Position numbers and translations under genes: made by a program
Notes under the pieces: generated by a model
Told to the model about the DNA's origin: nothing
Databases searched by the model: none
What the model saw: only the letters and a program-made list of their open reading frames with translations
Part shown: piece after piece, positions 12,135 through 24,770 of the stretch
Numbering within the stretch: position 1 is the stretch's first letter
Layout of the letters: each line of letters opens with the position of its first letter
NCBI GenBank assembly: GCA_052327205.1
Contig: CM126224.1
Coordinates: forward strand, 16,120,001 to 16,184,000
Source of the DNA: Somniosus microcephalus
Taxonomy: Eukaryota
Length of the DNA stretch: 64,000 bases
Reading direction: 5' to 3'

Positions 12135-14890
12135 CCATTCTTTCTACCAAAATGTATCACTTCACACTTTTTTGCATTAAATTTCATCTGCCACGTGTCC
12201 GCCCATTTCACCAGCCTGCCTGTCTTCCTGAAGTCTATCATTCTCCTCCTCACTGTTCACTATACTTTTGTCCCATCTGCACATTTTGAAATTGTGCCCT
12301 GTACACCCATGTCCAAGTCATTAATATATATCAAGAAAAGCAGCGGTCCTAGAACACCACTGTATACCTTCCTCCAGTCCAAAAGACAACCGTTCACCAC
12401 TACTCTCTGTTTCCTATCTTTTAGCCAATTCTGTATCCATGCTGCCACTGTCCCTTTTATTCCATGGGCTTCAACTTTGCTGGCAAGCCTATTATGTGGC
12501 ACTTTGTCTAACGTCTTTTGGAAATCCATGTACACTACGTCAACCACATTACCCTCATCAACCCTCTCTGTTACCTCATCAATGAACTCCATCAAATTAG
12601 TTAAACACGATTTGCCTTTAACAAGTCCATGCTGGCTTTCCGTAATTAATCCACACTTGTCCAAGTGACTGTTAATTTTGTCCCTGATCACTGTTTCTAA
12701 AATTTCCCCACGACCGAGGTCAAACTGACTGGTCTGTAGTTGCTGGGTTTATCTTTACACCCTTTTTTGAACAATGGTGTAACATTTGCAATTCTCCAGT
12801 GCTCTGGCACCACCCCTGTATCGAAGGAGGATTGGAATATTATGGCCAGTACCTCCGCAATTTCCTCCCTCAATTCCCTCAGCAGCCTCGGATGCATCCC
12901 ATCCGCTCCTGGTGACTTATCTACTTTAAATGCAGCCAGCTTTTCTAATACCTCCTCTTTATCAATTTTTATCCAATCAAGTATCTCCATTACCTCCTCC
13001 TTTACTATGTCTATGGCAGCATCCTCTTCCTTGGTGAAGACAGATGCAAAGCACTCGTTTAGTACCTCAGCCATACCCTCTGCCTCCATGCGTAGGTCTC
13101 CTTTTTGGTCCCTAATCGGCCCCACTCCTCCTCTTACTACCCTTTTAATATTTATATGCCTACAGAAGACTTTTGGATTACCTTTTATGTTGGCTGCCAT
13201 TCTATTCTCATACCCTCTCTTTGCCCCTCTTATATTCTTTTTCACTTCTCCTCTGACCTTTCTATATATAGCCTGATTCTCATGTTTTTGAAACCTGACC
13301 CCTCTCATCGCATTCTTTTTCTGCTTCATCATATTCTCTATCTCTTTCATCATCCAGGGAGCCCTGACTTTAGTTGCCCTGCCTTTCCCCCTAGTGGGAA
13401 TGTACCTCAACTGTACCTGAACGATTTCCTCTTTAAAGGCAGCCCATTGTTTCATTACAGTTTTGCCTGCCAATCTTTGATTCCAGTTTACCCGGGCCAG
13501 ATCCGTTCTCATCCCACTGAAATTGGCTTTCCCCCAGTTCAACATTTTTACTCTAGATTGCTCCCTCCTTTTCCATAGCTAATCTAAACCTTCTGATACT
13601 ATGATCACTGTTCCCTAAATGTTCACCTACTGACACTTGCTCCCCTTGACCTACTTTATTCCCCAGAACCAGATCCAGCAATGCCTTCTCCCTTGTCGGG
13701 CCGGAAATATACTGATCAAGAAAGTTCTCCTGAACACACTTCAGAAATTCTTCCCCTTCTCTGCCCTTTACACTATTACAATCCCAGTCTATATTAGGAT
13801 AGTTGAAGTCCCCCATTATCACTCTATAGTTCTTGCACCTCTCTGTAATTTCTCAGCAAATTTGCTCCTCCAGATCTTTCCCACTATTTGGTGGTCTGTG
13901 GAATACACCTGGTACTGTAATGGCACCTTTATTATTTCTTAACACTAGCCATATAGATTCTGCCCTTGACCCCTCCAGGACATCCTCCCTCTCCAGCACG
14001 AACATTCTCCTTAACCAATACTGTCACACCACCTGCTATCTTTCCTGAACACTTTATAACCAGGAATATTTAATACCCAATCCTGCCCTTTTTTGAGCCA
14101 GGTCTCAGTTATTGCCACAACACCATATTCCCTTGTGGCTATTTGTGTCTGCAGCTCACTTACCTTGTTTACTACGCTTTGTGCATTCACATACATACAC
14201 TGTAAACCCATCTTAGACCATCTTGTATTCTCTTAGTTTGACCCCCTAATACCTCACACTTTCTTACTTTAGTGCTCTCTGACTCTCCTAATTCTTTGAA
14301 CACTTTATTTCCCCTTTGTAAATGCCCTGGTGCCCATCCCCCTGCCAAATTAGTTTAAACCCTCCCCAACAGCACTAGCAAACCTCCCCGCAAGGATATT
14401 GGTTCCGGCCCTGTTGAGGTGCGGCCTGTACAAGTCCCACCTCCCCCAGAACCGGCCCCAATGCCCCAGGAATCTAAAGCCTTCCCTCCTGCATCATCTC
14501 TCCAGCCACGCATTCATCTGCGCAATCCTCCTATATCTATACTCACTAGCACGTGGCACTGGGAGTAATCCGGTGATGGCTCCCTTTGAGATCCTGCTTT
14601 TTAATCTCTTTCCTAGCTCCCTGAAATCTGCCTGCAGGACCTCATCCCTCTTTCTACCTGTGTCTTTGGTACCAATATGGACCATGATCTCTGGCTGTTC
14701 ACCCTCCCGCCTCAATGTTCTACAGCTGCTCGGTGACATCCTTGACCCTGGCACCAGGGAGGCAACATACTATCCTGGAGTCATGTCTGCGACCGCAGAA
14801 ATGCCTGTCTGCTCCCCTAACTAATGAATCCCCTACCACAATTGCTTTCCCACACTTCTTCCTCCCCCCCTGTACAGCTGAGCCACCCAT
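12135..14890 (-). mobile_element. CR1 LINE: ORF1 esterase, endonuclease and RT fragments, decayed
   Basis: ORF1 SGNH motifs VVGDSLVRG and VHIGTKD; endonuclease motifs YVNAQSVVNK, AITETWL, MGDFNYP and SDH; RT motifs NYRPVSLTSVVGK, VYMDFQK and YINDLD. Confidence 0.95.
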
Positions 14891-16146
14891 GGTGGGGAAA
14901 ATGCTAGAATCTATTGTTAAGGACATGGTAACAGGGCACTTAGAAAATCACTATGATTAGGGAAATTGTGTTTGACAAATCTATTAAAGTGTTTTGAGGG
15001 TGTAACTAGCAGGGTAGATAAGGGGGAACCAGTGGATGTAGTACCTTTGGATTTTCAGAAGACATTTGATAAGGTGCGACATGAGGTCGTTGGACAAGAT
15101 TAGGGCTCATGGGATTGGGGGTAATATATTAGTATGGATTGAGGATTGGTTAAGGGACAGAAAACAGAGAGGAATATACATTTTATTTTCGGGATGGCAG
15201 AGTGTAACCAGTGGAGTGCCACAAGGATCAGTGCTTGGGCCTCAGCTATTTACAGCCTATATCAATGACTTCGATGAGGGGACCAAGTGTAATATATCCA
15301 AGTTTGCTGACATTACAAAGCTAGATAGGAAAGTGAGCTGTGAGGAGAACGCAAAGAGGCTGCAAAGCTTGGTTAAGTGATTGCGCAAGAAGGTGGCAGA
15401 TGGAGTATAATGTGGGGAAGTGTGAAATTATCCACTTTGGTCAGAAGAATGGAAAAGCAGAATATAATTTACAAGGTGAGAGACTAGTAAATGTTGATAT
15501 TCCGAGGGATTTGGGGGTCCTTGTACACGAACCACAGTAAGTTAATATGCAGGTACAGTAATCAATTAGGAAGGCAAATGGTATGTTAGCCTTTAATGAA
15601 AGGGGGGTTGGTGTATAAGGGTAAGGAAGTCTTGCTGCAATTATATGAGGCCACACCTGGAGTACTGACACTGTACAGTTTTGGTCTCCTTACCTAAGGA
15701 AGGATATACTTGCCTTCGAGGGGGTGCAACAAAGGTTCACTAGATTGATTCCTGGGAAGAGAGGGTTGTCCTATGAGGGGAGATTGAGTACAATGGGCCT
15801 ATACTCTGGAGTTTAGAAGAATGAAACGTGATCTCATTGAAATGTATATAATTCTTCGAGGGATTTACAAGGTACACCCTGAGAAGCTGTTTTCCCTGGC
15901 TGCAGAGTCCAGAACTAGGGGGCATAGTCTCAGGATAAGGGGTCGGCCATTTAGGAATGAGATGAAATATTTCTTCACTCAGGATTGTGAATCTTTGGAA
16001 TTCTCTACCCCAGAGGGCTGTGGATGCTCAGTCATTGACTATATTCCAGACTGAGATTGATAGATGTTTGAGCACTAAAGGAATCGAGGAATAGGGTGGG
16101 AAAGTGGAGTTGATGCAGCAGTTCAGCCATGATCTATTGAGTGGCT
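14891..16146 (+). mobile_element. CR1 LINE RT and 3' end, abutting the previous copy in opposite orientation
   Basis: VGKMLESIVKD, SGVPQGSVLGPQLF, KFAD and RGHSLRIRGRPF motifs. Confidence 0.92.
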
Positions 16147-17605
16147 ATTTCTATATTATCAACTCCACTTTCCCGCCCTGTCCCCATATCCCTCAAGTCC
16201 CTCGATTTCTTGTCCCTTTCCTAGCCTGGGGGCACTGAGGCCCTATTGCCACCCAGCTGACTTCTTAATATCCGGCTTAAAACCACACACATGATTGTTG
16301 GTCCGTTGTTGAAGCTATTTTTGGCTGACTGAATCATTGCTGTATTTGGATTTGTAGTGAAATTTCTGCACTACTGCAGGTGGCTTCCTTCAGTTTGATC
16401 GTGTGTGCATCTAAACAACTGTGTAATGCCTTCTGGCTCATTCATCATTCATAGATGGAACAAAGCTGAACTGTCTCCAGATGTTGTTTTGTTATCTGTT
16501 CCAAGGGTGTAGTATACACATGGGAGGAGAGAGACTGTGATTTAAATCCTTTTCTTATTTGCATTTACTCTTTAAAAACAGATGCTTAAAAGGAAAATAG
16601 TGCACTAAAAGTTCTTTTAGTGCAAAACAGTCTTTCATATTTTCAAAAAAGTTCAGAAAATTATTTGTGGACTTCATTTTAAAATGTCAAATGTTTACCC
16701 ACCAGTCTTGTTTTCTTCTTGTTGCTATGGCCATTGTGGGCCAGGGTTATCTTAGAGTAGTTTTATTGGATGCAACTGGGATCTCAACTTCAGAACCAGC
16801 CTGAGAGTCAATCTGGAGCCTCCCAACTCACTTTACGAGCTAGGAATGAAAAACGAACAAATATTTTTCTTAACACGTCTTTTTAAAATATAAAAGGGGG
16901 TTGAACTTTGAATAAAAAGTACCCCCACTAGACTTTCCTTCCCCTTTTAAGTTCACTCTACGCGAAGTTAAGCACTATATTTAATTTGGCTGCTAAGTGA
17001 TTCGTGACCTTTTAGCAAATATATTCTAAACAAATCTTCTCAAGTGCAATCTCTTCCTGCTGCAGTGTTTTCCAGATTACAAGGTGGGAAAGTTCCCCAC
17101 TCAAAATTTAAACACTTATCTGCTCCTGTGGTTGGCTTATGTAAAAGTAAAGCTGAAATTTGTAATAATGAAACTAGATGTTCTGTTTAGTTGTATTATC
17201 TCAGGATTTGTCATCCGCCTCTCTTTTAATATGTGTAAATAAAGGAGATGTAAAGTTACAGTAGTTGTTTTATGAGTCGTCTTGTGAAAGATCCATAACC
17301 ACAAAGGAGTTATGATGAGCTTTTGCATAAGTGGGGAAGAACCCCTGCTTGGCAGTTCTGCTCCCTTTCATTGTTGGCCAGTGTACATGCTTCAAACCTA
17401 TACCCCTGATGATGTAATAAAGAGAAGGGGATTTTTTTGGTAAATTTTTGTGCTTTACAAGATGAGTGATGTTACTACTAGCAATTGAAACACTCTGGAA
17501 CCCAGTGTCTGCATCGAGCACTCTGAGCTTTCGTCAGTTACATACAAGGTGGAACCTCAGTAATTGTGTCTTAACCCAACCTCGGAGTACCATGGTGAAT
17601 TTAGT

Positions 17606-18329
17606 GGCCCGTAATTTGCGCTCAGCGGTGAAGCAAAGCCGCTCGCTGCTGGCCTCGAAGAAAGTTGCCCACATGGCGAGATGTTTGCCTTTCTCTAAGT
17701 GCAATTGATTACAGCCCTGTGTAATGGGAATCCCCAACGAAGAGTTGCAGTGACATCAACAAGCTGTCTGAGCAGCCAATCACATTGAAGAATTTTCTCA
17801 GACTGCAAAGCAGGAAATTAAAAGCCACTTTTATGTGAACTTTTTAAAAATCTTAGAGCGCAAAATAAAGTTGGGCACTTCCACATAGGGATAAGGTAGA
17901 AGCTATAAAATCAATGAACAAACTGTAAAAAAAAAAAAATGTTTTAAATTATTTTAATCATAATGGAGAAATTTGACACTCCACAAATATAAAAATTAGT
18001 TTTTCAGGGCCAGAACGTTTGTTTAGCCGTCAGTATGCTGTTGAAACCCCAGTTACATCTATTCCAACAAGGATTAACATTTAATGGGTTATTTAACAGC
18101 AATATTAGCGCGGAAAAGCACAAGTTTTTGTCAGTTTCACTGATTACACTGATTGCCGGCTATGGGGGGTGAGGAGTGGGGTCCACAGCGCAGCCTGTGT
18201 CGGAACAAATTGACTGACCACAACTTTAGGATTTCTGTGCTTAGGTGCGGAAGTTGCGGTCAGTTTCAGTGGGTTAATAACGGCAAACACTGGCAGTTCG
18301 CCATCATTACCCACCACAAATTCCGGGCC
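17606..18329. mobile_element. Harbinger-type MITE
   Basis: 15-bp TIR ggcccgtaatttgcg / cacaaattccgggcc (2 mismatches); flanks AGT and AAT (imperfect 3-bp TSD). Confidence 0.7.
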
Positions 18330-18809
18330 AATATTTCTCACACCAGTCATCCTCTTGGTGTCTGAGTGAGATTACCAATTTAGTACCAAGTTATGGTATG
18401 CTGTGTGCCTGTACCCACTGAGCTGGGATGAGACTGTGCCAAACTCATTTCATTTAGGATCATTACAGCTGGCAGGGAAAAAAGCCTTCATCCCATTAGC
18501 TTGGTCTAGATTCCAATCCACAGCTGAAAGGTCAGTGTACCAGCAGCACTTCCTTCTCACTTCCTTCACTAGCCTTGATTAGTTTACTGTTCTCATTCCG
18601 GTAAACATGCTATATTGTATCCAAGTAAGTTGTATCCTTATATTTAGAAGTCATAAAAGTAAGTGTGAAGGTGTGACTTGTACCAGGTTTTATAGAGTAT
18701 CTCGGATGGAGTTGATGTAGCCAAGGGATCAGTGCTGGGTCCACTTCTGTTCTCCATATTTATAAATGATTGGACGTAGGAAGCACACTCGAATTTTGCT
18801 AACAAAGTA

Positions 18810-19512
18810 CAGGATCTCTTTTTTTACCGGCACCTAAATCACCGGAAATCTCTCTTAACCGGCAAAATTCTGGAGTAGGTGCAGGTAAGTTTTACTTCAT
18901 ATTAGTGGCCATGTAACTGGGGTTCCTGGATCTGTCGCCATGTAACCGGGGTTCCTGCACCTGTTGCCATGCAACAAGGACGCCTGGATCTGTGGCCGTG
19001 TAACTGGGGTTCCTGCACCTGCTGCCATGCAACAGGGACGCCTTGGTCTGTGGCCGTGTAACTGGGGCTCCTGCACCTGCTGCCATGCAACAGGGACGCC
19101 TTGGTCTGTGGCCGTGTAACCGGGGTTCCTGCACCTGCTGCCATGCAACAGGGATGCCTGGATCTGTGGCCGTGTAACTGGGGCTCCTGCACCTGCTGCC
19201 ATGCAACAGGGACGCCTTGGTCTGTGGCCGTGTAACCGGGGTTCCTGCACCTGCTGCCATGCAACAGGGACGCCTGGATCTGTGGCCGTGTAACTGGGGC
19301 TCCTGCACCTGCTGCCATGCAACAGGGACGCCTTGGTCTGTGGCCGTGTAACCGGGGTTCCTGCACCTGCTGCCATGCAACAGGGATGCCTGGATCTGTG
19401 GCCGTGTACGGGGCTCTCGTACCTTAGTAAGTATACCGCTCTGTAATCCGGACTTTTTGATCAACCGGCACCACGCCGGTCCCGTCGGTGCCGGATAAAA
19501 AAGAGTTTCCTG
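18810..19512. mobile_element. Tc1/mariner (pogo/Tigger-like) MITE
   Basis: TIR caggatctctttttttaccggcacc / ggtgccggataaaaaagagtttcctg and TA TSD at 18808-18809 and 19513-19514. Confidence 0.8.
18904..19409. repeat. Minisatellite with a 58-bp unit (dimer of 29-bp subunits), about 8.5 units
   Basis: tgtggcc recurs at 18991, 19049, 19107, 19165, 19223, 19281, 19339 and 19397. Confidence 0.97.
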
Positions 19513-19930
19513 TAGATGGTTTGGCAAACCGTAACAAAGGACTGTATAAGACTTCAAGAAAACAGACAGGTTAATGGAATGGCAGACAGGTTAGCAAAAT
19601 GGGCAGACAGGAGGCTGATGCAATTAATTGTGGATAAGTGACATAATACATTTTGGAAAGAGAAACAAGCAATAGGAGTACATACCTGATGGAAAAATAC
19701 TGAAGGGTGTGGATGAACAGATAGACCTCGGGGCTCAAATACATAATTCTTTGAAAATGCGAGTGCAGAAAATCAAATCATAAAAAAGGCTCATAGCATT
19801 TTGGATTTCATAAATAAGGGCATAGAATTAGAGTAAAGAAGTAATGAAAAATGTATACAAAATATTGGTTAGACCACATTTAGAGTACGGTGTGTAATTT
19901 GGGGGGTCTCATTATAGAAAGGATGTTAAG

Positions 19931-20660
19931 GTTGGTATTGAGAGATTTAGGTGTCCTCGTACAGGAAACACAAAGTTAGCATGAAGGTATAGCAAGCAAT
20001 TAGGAAAGCATATGGCATGTTGGCCTTTATTGCAAGGGGTTTGGAGTACAAGAGTAAGGAAGTCTTACTACAATTGTACAGGGCTTTGGTGCGACCACAC
20101 CTGGAGTACTGTACACTGTTTTGGTCGTCTCATCTGAGAAAGGACATGCATGCCTTGGAGGCGGTGCAATGAAGGTTCACTGGATTGATTCCTGGGATGA
20201 GAGGGTTGTCCAATGAGGAGAGATTGAGTCGATTGGGCCTCTACTCTCTGGAGTTTAGAAGAATGAGAGGTGATCTCATTGAAACATAGAAGATTCTGAG
20301 GGGGATTGACAGGGTAGATGCTGAGAGATTGTTTCCCCCTGGCTGGAGAGTCTAGAATTAGGGGGCATAGTCTCAGGATAAGGGGTCGGCACTTTAAGAC
20401 TGAGATGAGGAAGAATTTCTTCACTCAGAGGGTTGTGAATCTTTGGAATTCTCTACCCACAAAGGGCTGTGAATGCTGAGTCTTTGAGTATATTCAAGGC
20501 TGAGATGGATAGATTTTTGGATTCTAGGGGAATCGAGGGATATGGGGATAGGGCAGGAAAATGGAGTTGAGGTCAAAGATCAGCCACCATCTTATTGAAT
20601 GGCGGAACAGGCTTGAAGGGCCGTATGGCCTACCCCTGCTCCTAATTCTTTTGTTATGTT
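19931..20660 (+). mobile_element. Younger CR1 3' end nested in the older CR1
   Basis: LYRALVRPHLEYC and RGHSLRIRGR motifs, intact 3' UTR; atgttaa at both flanks is a possible TSD. Confidence 0.85.
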
Positions 20661-21552
20661 AAACCCAGAGAGTGCATACCTTGTAGTTTCACTAGGATGA
20701 TACTAGGGATTGGAAGCTGTCGTTGGGAGAGGGGACTCGAGATACTGGGCCTATTTTCACTGGAGCAGAGCTGACTGACAACATTTAAGACCTTTTTTCA
20801 ATATAGAGTTTTGATAGAATGGATAGGGAAAAACTACTTCTGGTTGGGCAGTCAGTGACGAAGTGTATTAATTTAAATTAGTCACTTAATTGAATCAGGA
20901 GATAGGTTAGGAGAAATTTCTTTAGACAAAGGGTTGTTGGAGCATCAAATGCTTTGTCACAGGCAGTGATTGAGGATCTTTGCATCTCTAAAGGAGAAAT
21001 TGGAGATCTATTTGAAGCAGGTGATACAGGGCAATGGGCAAAGAGTGGGACAGTGGGATTAGTTTTGGACTGCTCTAGCTAAGTGCTGGCACATACACAA
21101 TGGGCTTGAATGTCTTTCACCTTTGCTGTACACCTCTATGGTTCTCACTGTGATCTGAAAAAAATGTGGAGCGAACTGGATACTAATTAGAGTTAACAAT
21201 AGGATTTTATCTCCCGGGGTCCTGAAATGGCAAAGTTGCCCAATTTATTAAATTGTGATTTTTTTTTTTAACCAAAGGGGAAACCCTCGTGATAATAAAA
21301 TGGTGCAGTTTGCTGCAAGGAAATACTATGCTGTTTTTTGGTAGTTGTGGCTGACCCAGTTTGTGTGTGAGAATTTTGAGCTGGTATCTATCTCCTTTTT
21401 TTGTAAGAAATTTGTGTATTCCACGTAATTGTGGAGTTTCCATGGAAGGTTGGTAAATGTCTTTTATTTTTGCTTTTGTTGTTAAATATAATTCTACAGA
21501 AAACCCCAGTGAGCTGGTAAAATGGTGAATCTTCCTCTGTGTGTAATTTTAG

Positions 21553-21747
21553 GACACGCAATTGGTGATCGAGGCCTTCAAATCCGGGTTTGAACAGCCT
21601 GGTGATGTTGAATTTGAGGATTTCAGTCAGGCTATGAAACGAACGGTTTCTGAAAGCAGTCTCTCCAATAGCAGACCTGACGGCAAACAGGAACCCAAAA
21701 GTGGCAAATCCAAGGGCAAACTCTGGCCTTTCATCAAGAAAAATAAG
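21553..21747 (+). CDS. FNBP1: Formin-binding protein 1 (FBP17) exon: end of the F-BAR region and basic segment
   Basis: ttttag|GAC...AAG|gtaaag, 195 nt, phase 0/0. [65 protein letters not shown] closely matches the recalled human [24 protein letters not shown]...[11 protein letters not shown]. Confidence 0.96.
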
Positions 21748-22879
21748 GTAAAAGCATTCAGCAACTGTGTGTATAAACCTACAATTGACTTGCCTCATTT
21801 AATATCTATCATGGTTTTGTGTAATTAATGTAATATTCCATGACTTTGTTTGTAATGGGGTTGGTGGCTTTACTTTGATGAATTGCTTTTGATTTTACTT
21901 CAATTTTTAAATTGTAGTTTTGTTTATTTGTGTTTGCCATGGTTTGTTACATTTTGCTTAAAGTCATGTTTTTGTTTTCCATGCTAGTGACTAACAGACT
22001 AACCATATTTTTCTACATCATGTGCAGCAGCATGTTTTTTTACTCTCTTACTAAACACCTATTGACATAACTATAACTTTGTTAAACATAGGGCAGTCAT
22101 TTTGTACTTCTGTTATTTAATTTTCTCATAGGATTTACCAGTTCTTAGTAGGTAGGTATGCCAGCTTAACTTCTATTTTGTATCCTAATTCATGATCAGA
22201 ATATTAATATTAAATTATGATTTACAAAATAAAAGCTTCTGAAAGAAACATACAATTCCTCTCAGACAGCAAAAGAATACTTTTTATGAATTTTATGAAA
22301 AATATGATTTCAAAATAAAATTTACTTGCATGAGAAATTGGTATAACATGTATTATCTTGAATCCTGAACTGGGCAAAAAAAAATCTTCGATTATTTTAC
22401 ATACAAAACACTGCACACAAACCATTCTGTAGGAATATGCAGAACCTCCATGTGGAACGTGTTAAAATACAGCATAGACCTTTCTTATGGACATAAGTGA
22501 TCTATATTCTATAAATTAATTCAGTCTCCACATGGGTTTTCTATTTGCTTGCTCGCACATACTATTTGTGGCGGCCATGGCTGAATAAGAATTCAACACT
22601 GCAATGTTAATCCTAGATCCCAGTGATCAAGAAATACAGCGCTTCAGTTTGATCAATTGAAATGTATATATTTTGAGCTTCTACTTCATGCTGTTACCCA
22701 TTTCTTGAAATTCTGAGCCTGGTCTATTCTCTTGGTCGTATGGACTGTGTAGAGCTCATCTGCCTCCTTCACCAAATAGCACCTGCAAAATTGGAATAGC
22801 ACAAGAGAGTTGCCTCTTTTTCACATTTTAGCTCTGAGTTAGATGCACCTTTCTGCATATTTTTGTTTGTCTGTCCTGA

Positions 22880-23640
22880 ATGTACAGCACAGCAGCAGGC
22901 CATTTGGCCTAAAAGGTCTATGCTGGTGTTTATTTTCCAGATGAGTCTCCACCCACCCTAATTCATCTAAGCCTATCAGCATAACCGCCTATTAATTTCT
23001 CCCTCGTGTTTACCTAGCTTCCCTTTAAATGGATCTATGCTATTCACCTCAACTACTCCTTGTGGTAGCGAGTTCCACATTCTAATGACTCTCTCAATAA
23101 AGAAGTCTCTCCTACATTCACTATTGGATTTATTAATGACTATCTTATATCTATGGCCCCTAGTTTTGGTCTTCCCCCCCACAAGTGGAAACATCTCTAC
23201 GTCTACCCTATCAAATCCTTCCATAATCTTAAAGACCTCTATCAGTTCACCCCTCGGCCTCTTTTCTGGAGAAGAGTCCCAGCCTGTTCAGTCTTTCCTG
23301 ATAAGTATATCCTCTCGGTTCTGGTATCATCCTTCTAAATCTTTTTTTCACCTTCTCCAGTGCCTCCACATCCTTTTTATAATCTGGAGACCAGAACTGT
23401 GCACAGTACCCCAAGTGTGGTCTAACCAAGGTCCTATACAAGTTTAACATAATGTCTCGGCTTTTCAATTCTATCCCTCTAGAAATGAACCCCAGTGCTT
23501 GGTTTGCCTTTTTATGGCCTTATTAACCTGAATTGCTACTTTTAATGATTTATGTACCTGTACCCCTAGATCCCTTTGTTCCTCTACATCATTTAGACTC
23601 TTATTTTCCAAGGAGTAGGTTGCCTCCTTATTCTTCGACC
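22880..23640 (-). mobile_element. CR1 LINE 3' end
   Basis: LYRTLVRPHLGYCAQFWSP, TRGHRYK and RVIRMWNSLP motifs. Confidence 0.9.
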
Positions 23641-24229
23641 AACAGGACAGAGGGGTTGAGGGTGGGGAAAAAGGAGGAGGCCAGTCTCCTCCTCAGTTAC
23701 TATCAAGTGACTCGTGCGAGCTAGACTACATGGACAGGTAATGCATAATTAGACACTATAGGCAAATATCTCCGACACCAAGTGCTTAGCTCAAATGAAT
23801 AATGTCATTTGGGCACAATACCAAAGGCCTAGCAAGCTCAGAGAAACAGTTATCTTCAAGAAAACAGAGAAAACTGGGGCAAAAAAGTAAGAACACTCAT
23901 AAGAAAAGCGATCCTACCCATTAATTTAATATTCCTATCTGCATTGATGAACAATGTTGGACATGTAAATTAATTATGCATTGTTTCAACTGGGATTAAT
24001 AAGCCAAGAGCACATCATGGAATGAGCTGGTAATGCAGTGAGGTGGGAACAATGAATGCAAGGGCTTCTAACACTGGGAATTTGGTGGAGTAGAAATTCA
24101 ATGATGAGTAGGAGATATGTTGTAGGTTAGTACAGAAATTGTGTTTTTTATTGAACTGAAATTTAAGTTTAGATTTTAACTTGAATAACTGAAGTCAGTT
24201 GGTAGTTAACTGTCAGTGAACTGTAACTA

Positions 24230-24770
24230 GATGACTGACCAGGCATTAATTAGTGTAGTTGGGAGCTGAGGGTTCGTGTCTGAAAACTATATAAAGGGAG
24301 GTAGTTGCAAGAGTTCCAGCTCGAGCCAAGAGCACACCAGAGTGAGCCAGTAACAGTGAGGTGGGTACAGAATAATTGCAAGCACTTCTGACACTGAGAA
24401 TTGAGAGAGTGGGACTAGGTGCAGAGTGGGCAAAGAGCTGCTAAATAGACGAGCTGATATTACACACAAGATATATAAACTTAAAACATAGAACAAATTA
24501 ACTAAACCAAAACTGGCAGTCCAGGATGGGACAGTGATGTGTCATTCCTTCAAGATTTGGGAGCTTCAAGCACCAGGCGTTGACTTTGGTAAACCAGTCT
24601 GAGACACGTGTCAACAACTCTTACTGCTCAAGCTCCAAATCTTAGAACTTCAGCGGATTTAGACAATGCAACACTTCAGGGAGGGAGAGCAGTTACTGAA
24701 CCAAGCATTTGACGATAGTCACGTCAATGAGATATAGGGAGCAGGCAGTGAAGGAGAAAAAATGAATGAC
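24230..24770 (+). mobile_element. CR1-like 5' end (5' UTR and degraded ORF1 zinc-finger/coiled-coil start)
   Basis: Degraded VMCHSFKIWEL...TCQQLLLLKLQILELQ...FREGEQLL resembles the vertebrate CR1 ORF1 N-terminus; TATATAAAG at 24288. Confidence 0.5.

Larger units (their letters stand above)
18690..21145 (+). mobile_element. Old CR1 relic hosting two nested insertions
   Basis: QGSVLGPLLFSIFIND at about 18722-18770. It continues after 19514 and again after 20660 to a CR1 tail near 21140. Confidence 0.75.

Noticed and set aside
12697-13545. 282-aa ORF as an active or domesticated reverse transcriptase
   Set aside because: It is a fragment of a frameshifted CR1 ORF2. The adjacent RT lacks intact QGS and ADD motifs (CADG), and the 3' end is missing.
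18892-19557. Three overlapping repetitive - strand ORFs and a CRISPR-like regular spacing
   Set aside because: A stop-free 58-bp unit (not a multiple of 3) cycles through all frames. There are no unique spacers and no cas genes, so it is a minisatellite.
1-21552. Upstream FNBP1 F-BAR exons or a nested host gene
   Set aside because: I could not find the expected preceding exon (KIQEMEERR-like) or any other non-TE coding exon, so it probably lies upstream of the window. A small exon could have been missed.
21748-21828. Read-through tail VKAFSN...VLCN of ORF 21562-21828
   Set aside because: FNBP1 similarity stops at the GT donor (21748), so the tail is intron. The same applies to VSSLPS...CFF after 25971, which is not a valid CaaX box.
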